From positions 31,372,001-31,436,000 of the forward strand of contig CM022665.1 of assembly GCA_012295275.1 (NCBI GenBank): a stretch of DNA of 64,000 nt. The letters are read 5' to 3'. The first letter of the stretch is position 1. Every line of letters starts with the position of its first letter. The translations under genes were made by a program, and so were the position numbers. Shown piece by piece: positions 1-13,200 of the stretch. Under the pieces are notes generated by a model that worked only from the letters and a program-made list of their open reading frames with translations, was not told the DNA's origin and did not search any database. This DNA comes from Chrysomallon squamiferum (taxonomy: Eukaryota; Animalia; Mollusca).

Positions 1-991
1 CTTAAAATGTTATCAGTCAAACAAGAAAACAGAAGTTAAAAAAAAAAGAAGAAAAGAAAAATGCCAGAGTAAAAATAAAAAGAAAGGCTCCTCTGATAAA
101 GTCATACTGCACTGCAGAAGTACTTTTGCAGTCTTTTTGAACTTCTTGAAACCAAACCATAAAAACTCCCAGACAAATGAAAATTGAAAAGAACAAAAAA
201 ACAAAAACATCTAAAAAAATTAAAGAAGGTAATTATAATCAGAACTAAGTCAGATGAAACAGTAATTCCAATCTGTTTTGTACCTTACTCAAAGTGACAT
301 CAAACAAACAGAACAACAGACATCCATTTGTCAATCAGTCAACATGTGTGTTTTTTCCTTCTGAAATCATTTCAGCATGGAAAAAAGTCCACAAACTCCA
401 CACAAGTGAAGAACTCTGTCAAGCAGTCTTCATCTCCACACAATTTTTCCAATGAATAAAAACATCTCTATTATGTAAAGATCAGGAATTAAGCAGTCTG
501 ATTTCTGCCTAGAAGGCACCACAATGGTCACATTGTGTGATGGGCTTTGATGAAATTACCAAGCAGGTAAAATGATCAAGATGGATATAATCAATAAAGA
601 ATGGCTCTAGGCAACAAGTACATGACGACCCACTACGATCATGTCAAAACTGGCATCTGCTAATGAGCAGTACTCTGCAACGGCGGTACTTGGTAGTAAC
701 GACAACAACAACATGAATGAGAATAAAGTAAACAGAAATCATACATCAGAGTCAATTTTCATGCAAGTGGTTCTGTGAAATGGAAATATCTATACAATCC
801 AGAAATCTATTTGGTCAGTAATGATGCTTCTTACATAAAAAGAAAAAATGCAGGTAATAAATTTTGATTTTATATGATGAAGGTGGTTACAAAGAAAAAA
901 TATTTTCATTATGAATACAAAAAACAAGAGTTACTGACATTCAGAGAGAGAAAAGAATATTAAATAAATCAAATAAAAATTAAAGGATTCT

Positions 992-992
<1 letters not shown>

Positions 993-1029
<37 letters not shown>

Positions 1030-1032
1030 TGT
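993..1032. repeat. (GT)n microsatellite
   Basis: Direct reading. Confidence 0.95.
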
Positions 1033-1757
1033 GCATGCATGCATACATGTATTAATTAAATAAATAAAAGTTTAAGAAAGTATTTTTCTTCAAAATTTTA
1101 TATTTATACTTTTTTATCAACTGATATATTGTTAACTTAAAAAAAGAAAAAAAGAAAAGAAAAGAATAACAATAATTAAAAACATATAAAAAAAATAATA
1201 AAATAAATAAAAATAAATAAAAACCTTTCAAATAATTAATAAGAGAGATTGAATAAAAAAGAAATGAATGATCCCACAAGATCAGAGTAACAAAAAATAA
1301 AATACATAAAGAAGTGAAATGAAATCATATCGATGGAAACCACTGTTCAGACAATGGTACTTTTGTGCTGTGATTAATTATATACAAAATGTGTAGCTTC
1401 AGTCAAAATTGAAATGTGCTGATTTGAACCTATCAATATACACTAATTCCCTATGTAAGTGATTAATTTTTTATGAAATGATACTTCAAGAGGTAGCATT
1501 GTTTTGATACCACAGTAAAGAATAGACTGCTAACAAAATAACTGCAGAAGCTCTACATAATACATTATTTACCAACTTCCACCTCTATGAATCTTTTGCT
1601 TGTAAAATACATTTGCCTAAGATTTAATTATAAATCAATGGCAACAATATATGTTGAGAGAAAGAGAGAGAGATAGACATAGACAGAGAGAGAGAGAGAG
1701 AGAGAGGGAAGGAAAGATAAAATAGAAATTGATGCCTACTATATTTTTTTAAGTACA

Positions 1758-1799
<42 letters not shown>

Positions 1800-3342
1800 C
1801 CTTTATATTGCAATAATATTGCACATCTTTCATCCACTGTTAAAGTTTTATTCATGGTTTATATTTTGATCATTTGCTTAGATCCCAAGAGAGATCATTA
1901 TATATTCTACAATAAAAAGCAACTCAGCAATAAACAAAATATTTAATATGTCTTGATCATTCACAGCATCCAACAAGTCAGTGATCAACTGCCATCCCTT
2001 GCACATAAAGCTTGTTTCGTTCAATTACATACAAATTCAATTTTCTTCAGAAAGTGTTACCATTTTTGTTTCTGCTGTTTTTACTGTTAGGCATTTCTCA
2101 TTCAGACCAGAATTTCAATCACTAATTTTATTTTACTCTTTTTTGGAAAGTGGCTAGGTTAAATTACATGATGCCTCATTGTGAAGGCTGTAACTGTCAC
2201 ATTCAATTTAATTTAGAGCAAACTATTTTGATTTCATTTTCTTTGCATTTTGTGATTCTGTTGTTGATTGTGAAGATCACAAAAAGATTTTCAACATGAT
2301 TTCATTGCATGAAAAGGTAAAAAAAAAAAAAAAAAATGTAATCTGATTAAATTTTCTTTTAAATTTCAGTTCTATGCAATAAAAAGGCAAAAATAAAAAC
2401 TAATTTCTAATGACAGACACATACCCTCCAAAAAATAATAAAATAATACTAATAATAAAAAAAATATTAAAATGAAATAAAATAATAAAAATGAAATAAA
2501 TAAATAAAAAATGAAAATACACACACAAAACAAACAAACTGAAACTGAGATCTGACTTTCCTGCAAAATTTTACTCAATTATTGCAACTGGGGGACAAAA
2601 GTCATAACGTTCCCTTTTTTAACAAAACTATAATATTACTACCAGCTATATTATTACACTAGACAAACACTGAACACACAACACAAGTCCTATTAGTATT
2701 CACAAAGCAAAATACCACAGACTGAAAGACAACCAATGGCAAAATTTACAAACAGGGAGAGGTGCCAGAGACAACATTATAAGCAATTATAGAAATGAGT
2801 TGACTATTCGGTACTGTATTCCAATAAACCTCTGGTGTTGACCATGTTGACCAAATGTATTTCTAACAGCAGAATTGCCCTTTGATCTAAATGGCACTGT
2901 GGCAATATACAGGCCCTTTCATTTTCCCAACAAGTGTTCAAACAAATATTATATTATGTTGTTATCAGCTCTCTAAGAAAAATAATATAGCAAAACTGAG
3001 ACTGATGCATGTAATAAAATAATAACAGTAATAATAACAATACATTTCCATTAATATCAATGATAATGAATTTGGAGAATTATTATTAGTAGTAACCCTT
3101 TGTTTTTTTTAATACTATCTGATGGTTAAGGATACAATTAGTTGTTATGTTAAGTTGTTGTTATAACTGAAAATCTTTAATTTTCTCATTCTTACTTTTG
3201 GACAATTTCAGAATGCTTATCCTTAAATTAATGGAATAGAATAAAAATAAATAAAGAAAATGAAAGAAATAAAGAATATAAAAAGAAGTCTGAAAAAAAA
3301 AAGTAAAAAAATATATAACATTTCTGTGGTTATGGACTGGTC

Positions 3343-3400
<58 letters not shown>
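3343..3400. repeat. (AAT)n microsatellite
   Basis: Direct reading; explains the poly-Tyr pseudo-ORF. Confidence 0.95.
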
Positions 3401-3403
<3 letters not shown>

Positions 3404-6400
3404 TAATAAATAAATAAATAAATAAAATAAGATAAAATAAAATAAAACAAAAATATTACATCAGATTAAATTAATGATGATCCCCCAGATACTTTCCTAA
3501 TTCTCAACATGTCACTATGACCATTTCCAATAATTGCAAATTTTTCACAGACTGACTCATACCTCACCTGAACATTAATGATTATTAATTTCTCTCTCTC
3601 TCTTTTTCTTTCTTTTTTTTTTAAAATAAATTTATTGACAAATTGGCTTTAGTGATGATTTTTGATATGGCCTCAAAAATTAATAACAAAGTTATATTTT
3701 ATTTGTAGGCTATTGTCATTAACAATGTTTTTTTTTTTTTTTTTTTTAAATAATAATAATAATAAATTTACACAAAAAAAAAAAAAAAAAAATAAAAAAA
3801 AAAAAAAAAAAAAGGAGAAAAAAAAAATCAACTTCTTGCTGAACAATAATTCCTATTCCTGATCGATTCTTTATATGGAAGTATTCAGAATGAATAAATC
3901 AACATTCATCGATCAGCAAAAGATTAATCTTGTGTAAATGATTCATTTAAAGAATAACTTAGGCAATCAGCTTAAATAGTCAATAATTAATAAAGACTAA
4001 TATTGACAGAGAGTTTGCATTAATTACCAAACTGTTCCTTCATAATTATCTTTAAAATGAAAATTACTTCCGCCATGTTTTCGAGTTGCAATGGCTTTTG
4101 TTTGATCATTCTTTTTACTAAATTCCTTAAGAGTCTGTCAAGGAAGATTAAAAACACTTAAATTATTTTTATTGTTAATGCGGTTTCTAGAGAATATTTT
4201 TTCTTTCTTGGTACTTTTAAATTTTTAAAATTTTTTTATTATTATTACTATGTTCTTGCAAATTTTATTTCCAGATTTAATTTTTTTTAAATAATAATAA
4301 AAAAAATTATATATTGTTATAGAAATAAAATATATATATATATATAAAAATGAAAAGAAAAGTAAAAATGATAAAACCCCCCACAGTTTTTCTATTTTTT
4401 TCAAACACATTTCATTATAATTCACTACTACTATTATTATCTCATTTAAAAATAGTTTGATATAATACTGTTGGACTTTTTATTATACATTAATATATTG
4501 TTGTAGGAATAGTAACAGTTGCAGTAATATTTTACAATTTTCTTATTTTCAAATTGAAAAAAACAAAACAAAGAAACTACTACCAAAACATTTTTCTTTA
4601 AAAGAAAAATTACTTTGTAAAATTTAGAATCAACATATCCATACAATATATTCAAGTCTTGAACTGAAATGACTGTATAGAAATACATGACCAATTCCAT
4701 ACACTCTGACATTAAGAATGCACACACATATATGTCTTCCATTCCCATCTGGCTGGCTAAATAGGATGAACAAGCCTTGGAGACTAGCAATTATTTTATT
4801 TTCTTCAACAGAAAATTACTTTGTTTTTTCTGTATGTCAGTCTTTAATGGTGGAAGCAAATGATACAATACCAAAACAGAGCGACATGTGATCAGAAACA
4901 TGGCACAATGGTATCATGAGTGGTAGGTTCCAGGTTCAGTACCACTACCAGTCCTTATGACACACCCACTATTTTTTATATATATATATATATATAAAAA
5001 AAATATATATATATAACAGCTCTTTATATTGCATTATAATTTTATAGTTATCATTTTTATGTTGATCATTATTTCTTCATATATCACTATTTCATCTCTA
5101 CTGTCGATATATTTTTTGTGCTGGTGTATTTCTTCATTTATTCATTCATCTATAAAATACCAATTCCAATCCAGCTATAAAACCAATAATGATTTTCTTC
5201 CCCTAACCAATGCATGTAAGAATACTGACATTTCCTTTAGTGGACAGATACTACTAGTATGCTTGAACATTCTGGGCTGAATGACTGATTGACTGCCTGT
5301 GTAATGTAGGGATATATTTCTAATTGATTACTACAAAACAATTGACTATTCTGCAACCAGTTTACAAAACGATGAGTAGGTGGACAGATGCCAATAACTA
5401 TTTCAGGATTAATATATATATTTTTTAGTAATATTCATGTCATCAATGCAGCTTTAAATTATATATCAATGCCTCAGTTTAGAATAGCTAAGAAAGGAAA
5501 AGGATCTCTCCATCTGTCTATCTGTGTGTGTGTGTATATAACAAATACAAAATAACGTACAGTAATAAAAAAAATAATGAATTTAAAATGTTTAAATGTG
5601 TATCATCAGAAAGTAATTAACAGTCTCTTTACTAAAACAGCTTGTAATAAAATGTATTCTTTCAATTAACACATTAAAAAAAAAACATTTAAAAACATAT
5701 ACACTCAATTTGTCATATACTAAATAAATATGTGTTTATATTGTTAAATGTACACTTATCATCAAAAAGATAGTTAACAGCCACTTTATAAAGGTAGTCT
5801 AGCCAAGACGAATGCTTTCATAAATGAGTATAATAAAAAAAAAAAATTGGCAGGAAAAGAAAAACAAATTTATCTTTGAGTTGTGTAAATGTTTGTTTTA
5901 TTGATTTATTTTAAAGGGTACTTTAACAGTAATATCTAATAGAATAATGAGCCTGTTTAAAATAACAACAACAATAATAATAATAATAATAATAATGATA
6001 ATAATAATAATAATAAAAATCAATAATAATAATAATAAACCTGTCTGAGTGGATGTAATTTAAATACTTTAGTTGGGAAAGATAAATGCTTTTTTAATGC
6101 TTAAGCCATTTGTTTTTGACATTTATTAAATATAAAATGTTACTGGTCTCTCTGTGAAGGTCAAGTCAAAATGTTATGTCATGTTTTGATGTGATGATGC
6201 TTCTGTACTGTCTTACTAACAGTAAGAAAGTAATAATTAAATAATAATAAAAAAACTCCGATAATTTTAACTGTTGATAACTATTCTTGAAGACTACAAT
6301 TTTAATTAATGTATGTGCTAAATTTATAAAATAGTGTGATTTTTAAATTAATGAATATAATAAATTAAAGCCAATATTTAAATGGAATAGTATTATGTGA

Positions 6401-6632
6401 GAGAAACAGAAAAATATTATCTATAAATTAAAATATCAACAAGAAAAAGGTTAAAATTAATTTTAAAACAAAAAACAACAAACAAAACAATTAAATGATG
6501 TCTGCAGGCCTACTCTCCCAAAAAGAAGAAATTCCCGAAGAATTAAAACAAATCAGACAATTCCCAAGTCTCTTTGAAGACAAATAAACTTCAGACTTAA
6601 AATTATATTTAATTTTTTAAAACCAGTCTCAC

Positions 6633-6713
6633 CTGCTGAAGCTTGACTTCAGTCCAGTAAATCTCTTCCAGTATGTCTTCCCTCGTGGAACTCATCCTGA
6701 AGTCCACAACCAT
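6633..6713 (-). CDS. Putative alternative first coding exon of a Dp116/G-utrophin-like short dystrophin isoform
   Basis: gaacATGG start context with an in-frame TGA four codons upstream; MVVDFRMSSTREDILEEIYWTEVKLQQ; strong CAG|gtgaga donor; phase 0, in the intron-55 equivalent. Confidence 0.65.
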
Positions 6714-6789
6714 GTTCACTGCTCAACACAATCCCACAGGAAACTTTCCAGAGACAGGTGATGAATCAAATGTCTGCATCATCAAGCAG

Positions 6790-7275
6790 GTGACATTCAT
6801 TCAAAAAGACACTTATTTCAAATTAAACTTTGAAATACAAGCAAAGGAATTACTGTTGTCAACAGTACAGTATGAACGTTGTTATGTCCAAAAAATAATT
6901 AAAAATTTGTAACAGTGGTTCAAAAGATATTGATCTTAAATTAAACTTTATGACACAAAGAATTGCTATTAAATATCTGCAGTCTAAACAAGCCAACAGA
7001 AGATGAAAGATGGATTATTGTTGCATGAAAAAAAAAAAATTAAAAACTTTCAAATGACATTTATCCAAAAGACACTGATTTTGAATTAACCTTCAGAACC
7101 ATTTCATACAATCACTACAGTCTTCATCACAACAGACCCTGAAAGATGGATTGTTATTTCTGGTGGCACTGATCCAAATGATACTGATTTTGAATTCAAC
7201 TTTAAAATAATTTTAGAACAATCACTTCAGCCTGCAAAATGGCAGAAGAAGAGATGGAAAGATGGATTGTTTTTA
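6790..7275. repeat. Degenerate tandem repeat, about 120-135 bp unit
   Basis: Recurring caaaagacactgattttgaattaa-like blocks; gaaagatggatt at about 7005, 7141 and 7257. Confidence 0.7.
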
Positions 7276-9079
7276 TTTTAAAAAACAACAACAACAGAAC
7301 AATCTATAAAAATTCCATTTCATTTCATAAAAGATGTTTTTTCACAATCACAAAGCTGTCACAGATTTCATCTATGTTAGGTGTGGGTGGTGTGGTTCAC
7401 ATCTACAATCCAATTACATTCTTACACAAGAATAACTGGAAGAATTTTAAAAAAAAACAAAAAAAAACAACACATTTTATAGTGATACTTAATCAGTGGC
7501 ACAAAATAATTAGAAAAATAACTGCTGATGCATTACTTTCGTATACCTGCTGACAAGACAAATAGTGAAATAGTCAAAATATCGACAAATAATCTCAGTA
7601 TAATATTTGCAGTACTAGAAAATGATTGAAGTGACATATAACAAGCTGTCGACAACCAGGTCAGGCAAATTAATTCCTAGAATATCAATTTTTACTGTTT
7701 TCACCTCACCCAGGTGGTGTGATAATATAAAGATCAGATACAGAAAGCAGCAGATCCTGTAGAAAATACCATTAAAAGTGTTTACTTGATCAGAAAAATC
7801 AAAGGATACAGACCAAGCTCATCTTCTTTGAAAACAGAATGTTCATACATTTACACTATATTCAACAACCATAAAATGTCTATAACAATCTCTGGTAATA
7901 AGTCTGTTTAATCTGTGTTTATATGTTTACAATTGTTAGCATTCAGTTGGTAGAGATGAGTAAAACAGGCACGTGTCCATATAATCTCATCCAATGCAGG
8001 TTAAAGTAATTTGCTTTTGATGTTATATTTGTTTAATTTCATATTTGCAATAGTATCCATGCATCATTAAATTTCATCCATATATGTTTGTCAATTACTT
8101 TATACTGTTTGCAATAAACCGTTCCAGTGAAACTTTTAAACATTTTGTAGGCCAATTAGTTTTTATTTCTTTAGAACAGAATTCCATAAAATATTATCCA
8201 TTTCATTTATACTTCTTGAACACTATTAGTGATGATATTTTAAAAATAATCTAAATCACTTTAGAGCAAAGATAAGTCACAAAATGCATAAACATTTCAC
8301 AATATAATGATACTAAATTCCAGAATTCTTCATTGACTTTCTATGGCTTGGGCAGATTTAAGACTAATAAACAAAATGAAAATGCAACCAGAAACATGGC
8401 ACTTGATCCATTAAAAAGAAACTTTCTGTCTCCTACTAACTTTGTAAAAATAGCTACCATTTTCTACCAGAATGCTTCTGTAAGAACCATCATCTGTGAA
8501 TTTACTGTAAAATATTTCCAGGTTTAATGGTAGAAAAGGAACATCAAGCTGTAAAGTCTAGCACATTTAGAATAGTAATCTATTAATCCTTCAGTGTGCT
8601 GGCTTGCAGGTGATGAAACTGCACATCCACTGACATATCTAAACTCAGATGATGACACCAAAGTAGCTGATTGAAGACATTTCACCATATTTTCCAAACA
8701 CAGCAGACATCTGTCTCCACTGATAAGAAGACAGTGTAAAACAAAGTGTAATATCTGATATGTTATTCCAACAGGAAATATTAATTTACATACAGCATGA
8801 ACTAAAGTTATTGTTGCAGGTAACATCCTATGTCATTTGGTTTGTTCTATTTCTCACTGATTATAAATAATAAAATAAATATTTTTCCTTCAAGAAATCC
8901 ATTGCATTTTGGACAGATTTTTCACAAAGATGCTATATTGTGAACCAAAAAAAAAAAAAAGAAGAAGAAGAAGAAAAAGAAATCAGATAATTATATCTGC
9001 AGTAGTCTGTAACTATCATGTTCATGACTAAACTTCATAAAACCCAAATGTTTTATTATAGACTTAAACAAGATCAACA

Positions 9080-9265
9080 TCAAATATAACTGTTGTCAGG
9101 ATATACAAATATAACAACTGTCACAAAACCCAAATATAAAACTATTCTCAGTTCATCCAAAAAACAAATATAACTTTTTCAGTATGTCCAAATAGGAAAA
9201 TAACTACCCCCAGTATGCCTGAATAGAAATGTAACTGTTTGCCAGCATATTCAAATAGAAATTTA
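9080..9265. repeat. Degenerate minisatellite (about 25-31 bp unit)
   Basis: Repeated caaatataact/aatagaaa..taact..cagtat motifs. Confidence 0.6.
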
Positions 9266-9899
9266 CATTACCTGCAAAAACAATCATTCTCTGTTCTATT
9301 AGAAAACACTGCAGACTCACCAGATGACCATGAAAGATAATCAGTAATCATACCAGGTATATCTGGTCTACAAGTCAAATCTATACACATTAATCAGTCA
9401 TGGTATCTGACTGGCCATAAAGCTAGCAAATACACACTGTATACACACACACACACACATACACGCATATATATATATACATATACAGTTTATATATACA
9501 TACAAAAAAACTGTATCTACACTTGTATAAAAAAAATACCTGCCAAAACACCAAATCTTTTCTTTTCTCAGTATGTGTTTGCAAGAAAAAAGACTTACTA
9601 AATAAACTCATCTATTAAAATAACAGACTTGTAGGTAAAAACAAGAGATTTTTCTTCAAGTTTTATGTTTATACAGCTTCTCCTTTCACTCACTTGTTAC
9701 AGATCTCACCACAGGTGTAAGACATTGCCAATACAACACCAATAAGAACAGCAAGTCACTGCAATTCCAACTTATACCAACACAAGTGACGAAGTTCAAA
9801 TAGAAATATTTCAACTTTAAATAATATCTGAGACGATAGCAAAACAGTCCAACTTCATACCCTATCAGTGAATAACAAACAAAGTTCACGTCAAGAAAA

Positions 9900-10245
9900 T
9901 GTAACTCCAACTAAAACCAGTGACTTCACAGAAGGAAACTATAAATCCAAATACCTTTGGGTTCCTCAAACAACCACCCAACTCTAAATGCCAGTAACTT
10001 CAGACCAAGATAACCCAACTTTAAATTATGCCAGTGTATCCACAAGACAATTGTTCAGCTCTATATAAATCAAGTGAAGTTCCATAAAGATAATCCTGTT
10101 CCAGTCTGTGATACTGAGTTCACATCAAAATGACTCAACTCTAAATAATGCTAATATGTTTATATCAACAAATATGTCATGATGACCCAAGTCAAAATAG
10201 TATAAATAAAATTACATAACATATCAGCTCCAAATATGAATACAG
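9900..10245. repeat. Degenerate minisatellite (about 40-60 bp unit)
   Basis: Repeated caactctaaat..ccagt.acttc motifs. Confidence 0.5.
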
Positions 10246-13200
10246 TTACAATATTATTATACTTTGAAAAATGCATTATTGAAGCAAAAAAAAAAAAAAA
10301 AAAAAAAAAGGCTGAACATATATTTATGTTACAGATTCAAATATTTCCAAAGCAAAATCTTTCTTTCTAAGTTCATATCCTGTACCCAGAAGTAAAGAGA
10401 GAGATTAAAAAAAAAGAATAATTATAAAAATTTAAACAACCATAACTAAGCTGTTTCTTTTATTTCACTTCATTTTCATGTATAATTCCTGAAACTGTAA
10501 TGCCACACTTCCTATATTTAAAGATTTACTTTAATTTTATGTTTCTAAATGAACAGGTACCAACTTCAGGTAAAATAGGTTCTGATCACATTCACTATCT
10601 GTCAGTCACAGGTAAATGAACACCAATTCCGTCAGTGCTTCAACAGCAGAAATCCTCTTAGAGTTTCATTCCTTGTTTACATTTTCAAGCTACAGGTAAT
10701 AACAATTTACAAAGTGATGATCATTTACAGGTAAGTAAAGTGAACAAACTAGTTCCTCCAAATGAAGTGAGCTGTGATAGTTCCTGATTCTTGTAACAGA
10801 AGTCATCATACAAAAACGTGTTTGTAGTTTCTTCATCACTTGATGAAGTTTTTTTGCAAAGCAAATCTGCAATCTTCCATAACTCAAATATAAATACCTG
10901 ACTCAGGTTACAAGAGCTGTTTTGGGGGGGTGTTTTACCTTTCTTTCTTGATCTCTGATCTCACCAGTGTTCAAGAAAAAACATCCTTTCTTGTTTGCAT
11001 CAATTTACTAGGACTGGGAATTTTGTTAAATGTTTTTTTTTTTTTCAAAGCTTTTCTAATCAACAACAGAAAATGGTGATTACAGATGTTAGTTTGTTTT
11101 TTCATAGCTATATTATAGAAAATACGAATCATCTCTCTAGTTACCTGGCTACAAAAAAAACCCAGTTAATTTTAAGTTAACAAGAAAATATTATCTTGGA
11201 AACAAATGGTTGAAAATGGATATATGTATATAGATAGAATGTGTTTTTCTAAAAAGGAACTGATTATAAATGTGGGAGAGAGAATGAAATAAAAGCAAAA
11301 GAGAGATGAGACAATGAGAAAGAAAGAATGATAGTGATAGAGTAATGAAAGAGAAACAGAGACAGAATTAATATGAGAAAGACCAAAATAAAGAAAAGAA
11401 AGGTAAAAGATATTATTTTATTTAATTTGGAATGTACTGCCTATTATTTTTTATTTTATTATTATTTTTTTTTTCTTGCAAGTAAATATTTGCAGAACTT
11501 TTTTTTAATAGTTTTAAAGAAGTTCAGTTTTAATTAAGAAGACTTTTTTCCTTTTTTTCCACATTGACAGCATTTTAAATTATGGGACATCATCAAATAA
11601 TTATTTTACCTATAATAGAAACTGACAGGTGACTTTCGTTGTCAGACATAAACATACATAGAGACTCTTGGTGAATGTTTTAATTACCAATCAATACACA
11701 TTCCTGTTTTTCCTGAACTGGTGAATATTTTTTATAATAAATAAATTATCACACATGTTTAACAGAACTGCTGAGAAATGAAAAACGTATCTGGCTTAAC
11801 TATGGAAACAAAAAAATTATAAAATCTAATTTGTTTTATAGCACTCAATATAATGCAAGGTAACCTGACAAATAAATAAAATAAATATTATTTCATGTTG
11901 CTGTACAAAGGACTTGATTTTATGAAACATAATCAGTTAAACTCAAGAGTGTTTTTTTTCAAAGTATTTTTACAAAGACAACATTTCAAGAAAAGAGTTA
12001 CACAGTATCTCAGAAAATAAATCATTTAAATGTCATAAGATATATTCCATAAATAAAGTTAGCAAAGAATACAATACACGCCTCCAACATATAAATGCTG
12101 AATAACCACATGGACATATATTTTAAAATGATCCATTAAAATAACTGAAAAATTAATGGATTAAATAAATAAAACATTTTAAACATCTTTTGATTATTGT
12201 TTTTTTATTTAAAAAAAAAAAATATGTTATGGGCAAAACTTTAACAGAATATTTAGAGTATTCTTCACACCTTGGATTGTTTTCCTTTGATGCCACTGTG
12301 GCAGCTGCTGCCCATTTATTTTGTTAATTAAGGTAAGAAATCCTGTATGTTTCCACTAATTTTGTCTCTGTCAGTAACTGTTTGTACAACAGAATGTGTT
12401 TTACACATCACTGTTGTGGGAATTCTGGACAGCTGCCAATGAAGGTTCACAGGCAAATTATGACTAATCTGTATGTTAAGTTATGGAGAAACAGAAAAAT
12501 CATGCTTAAAAAATAGAAACAAAAATTCTCTCAAATTTACTTTAGCTTATGTGAAAGGTATGTAGATAAATGATATGAAAGTCTAATTTAAATTTTAATT
12601 TAAAACAGAAAAAAAAATAAAAAAAGAAGAAAGATTAAATACACCCAAACACATACAAACATACAAAACAACAATAAAAAATATAAAAAATGAACAATCC
12701 ACAAATAAATTAATTAATAAAAACAAATTAAACACAGGAATTCAAAATAATGCAAAGGAAGCTGAATTCATGCTTTGAGTTTACTTATAAAACAAACTGT
12801 GGTAAAGCTTTAGTTATTTGATATAAATTTCTTTGCTGTAAAAGAAACAAAAACAAACATATAAGTTGCTTGAAGAAACTGAATTATTATTATTAATGAG
12901 TGAAATATGTATTGATCTTCACATGAAATACAATTCCAACGACCAAGTTAAGCAATAGAAATCTTATCATTTTTCATGTATCAACACATTATCAAAATAA
13001 AACAAACATAATAACATACAATTACTATTAATCATTGAAATTTCATAAAAGACACAAAACTCACACAACAGCAGGCACCATTTTGTAGCTCCATTAAAAA
13101 TAAAATTGTGGCAACCTGTACAATAACAAACTAGTTCTGATAGACCCAGCATCTGAAGTTTATTAACTGGGCAACAGATCCTGCATGCAAACACTAGAAT

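Noticed and set aside
3223-3862. Poly-Tyr, poly-Phe and poly-Lys ORFs, and similar F/I/Y-rich ORFs throughout the track
   Set aside because: Translations of (AAT)n, poly-A/T and AT-rich intron sequence with no credible splice sites.
9321-9390. ATG-ORF MCIDLTCRPDIPGMITDYLSWSS ending at a perfect G|gtgagt donor
   Set aside because: Phase 1, incompatible with the expected phase-0 next exon. It shows such units can arise without a phase match, though a non-coding role is not excluded.
9080-10245. Regularly spaced short repeats as a possible CRISPR-like array
   Set aside because: Eukaryotic intron; the units are degenerate along their whole length, with no constant repeat/unique spacer structure.
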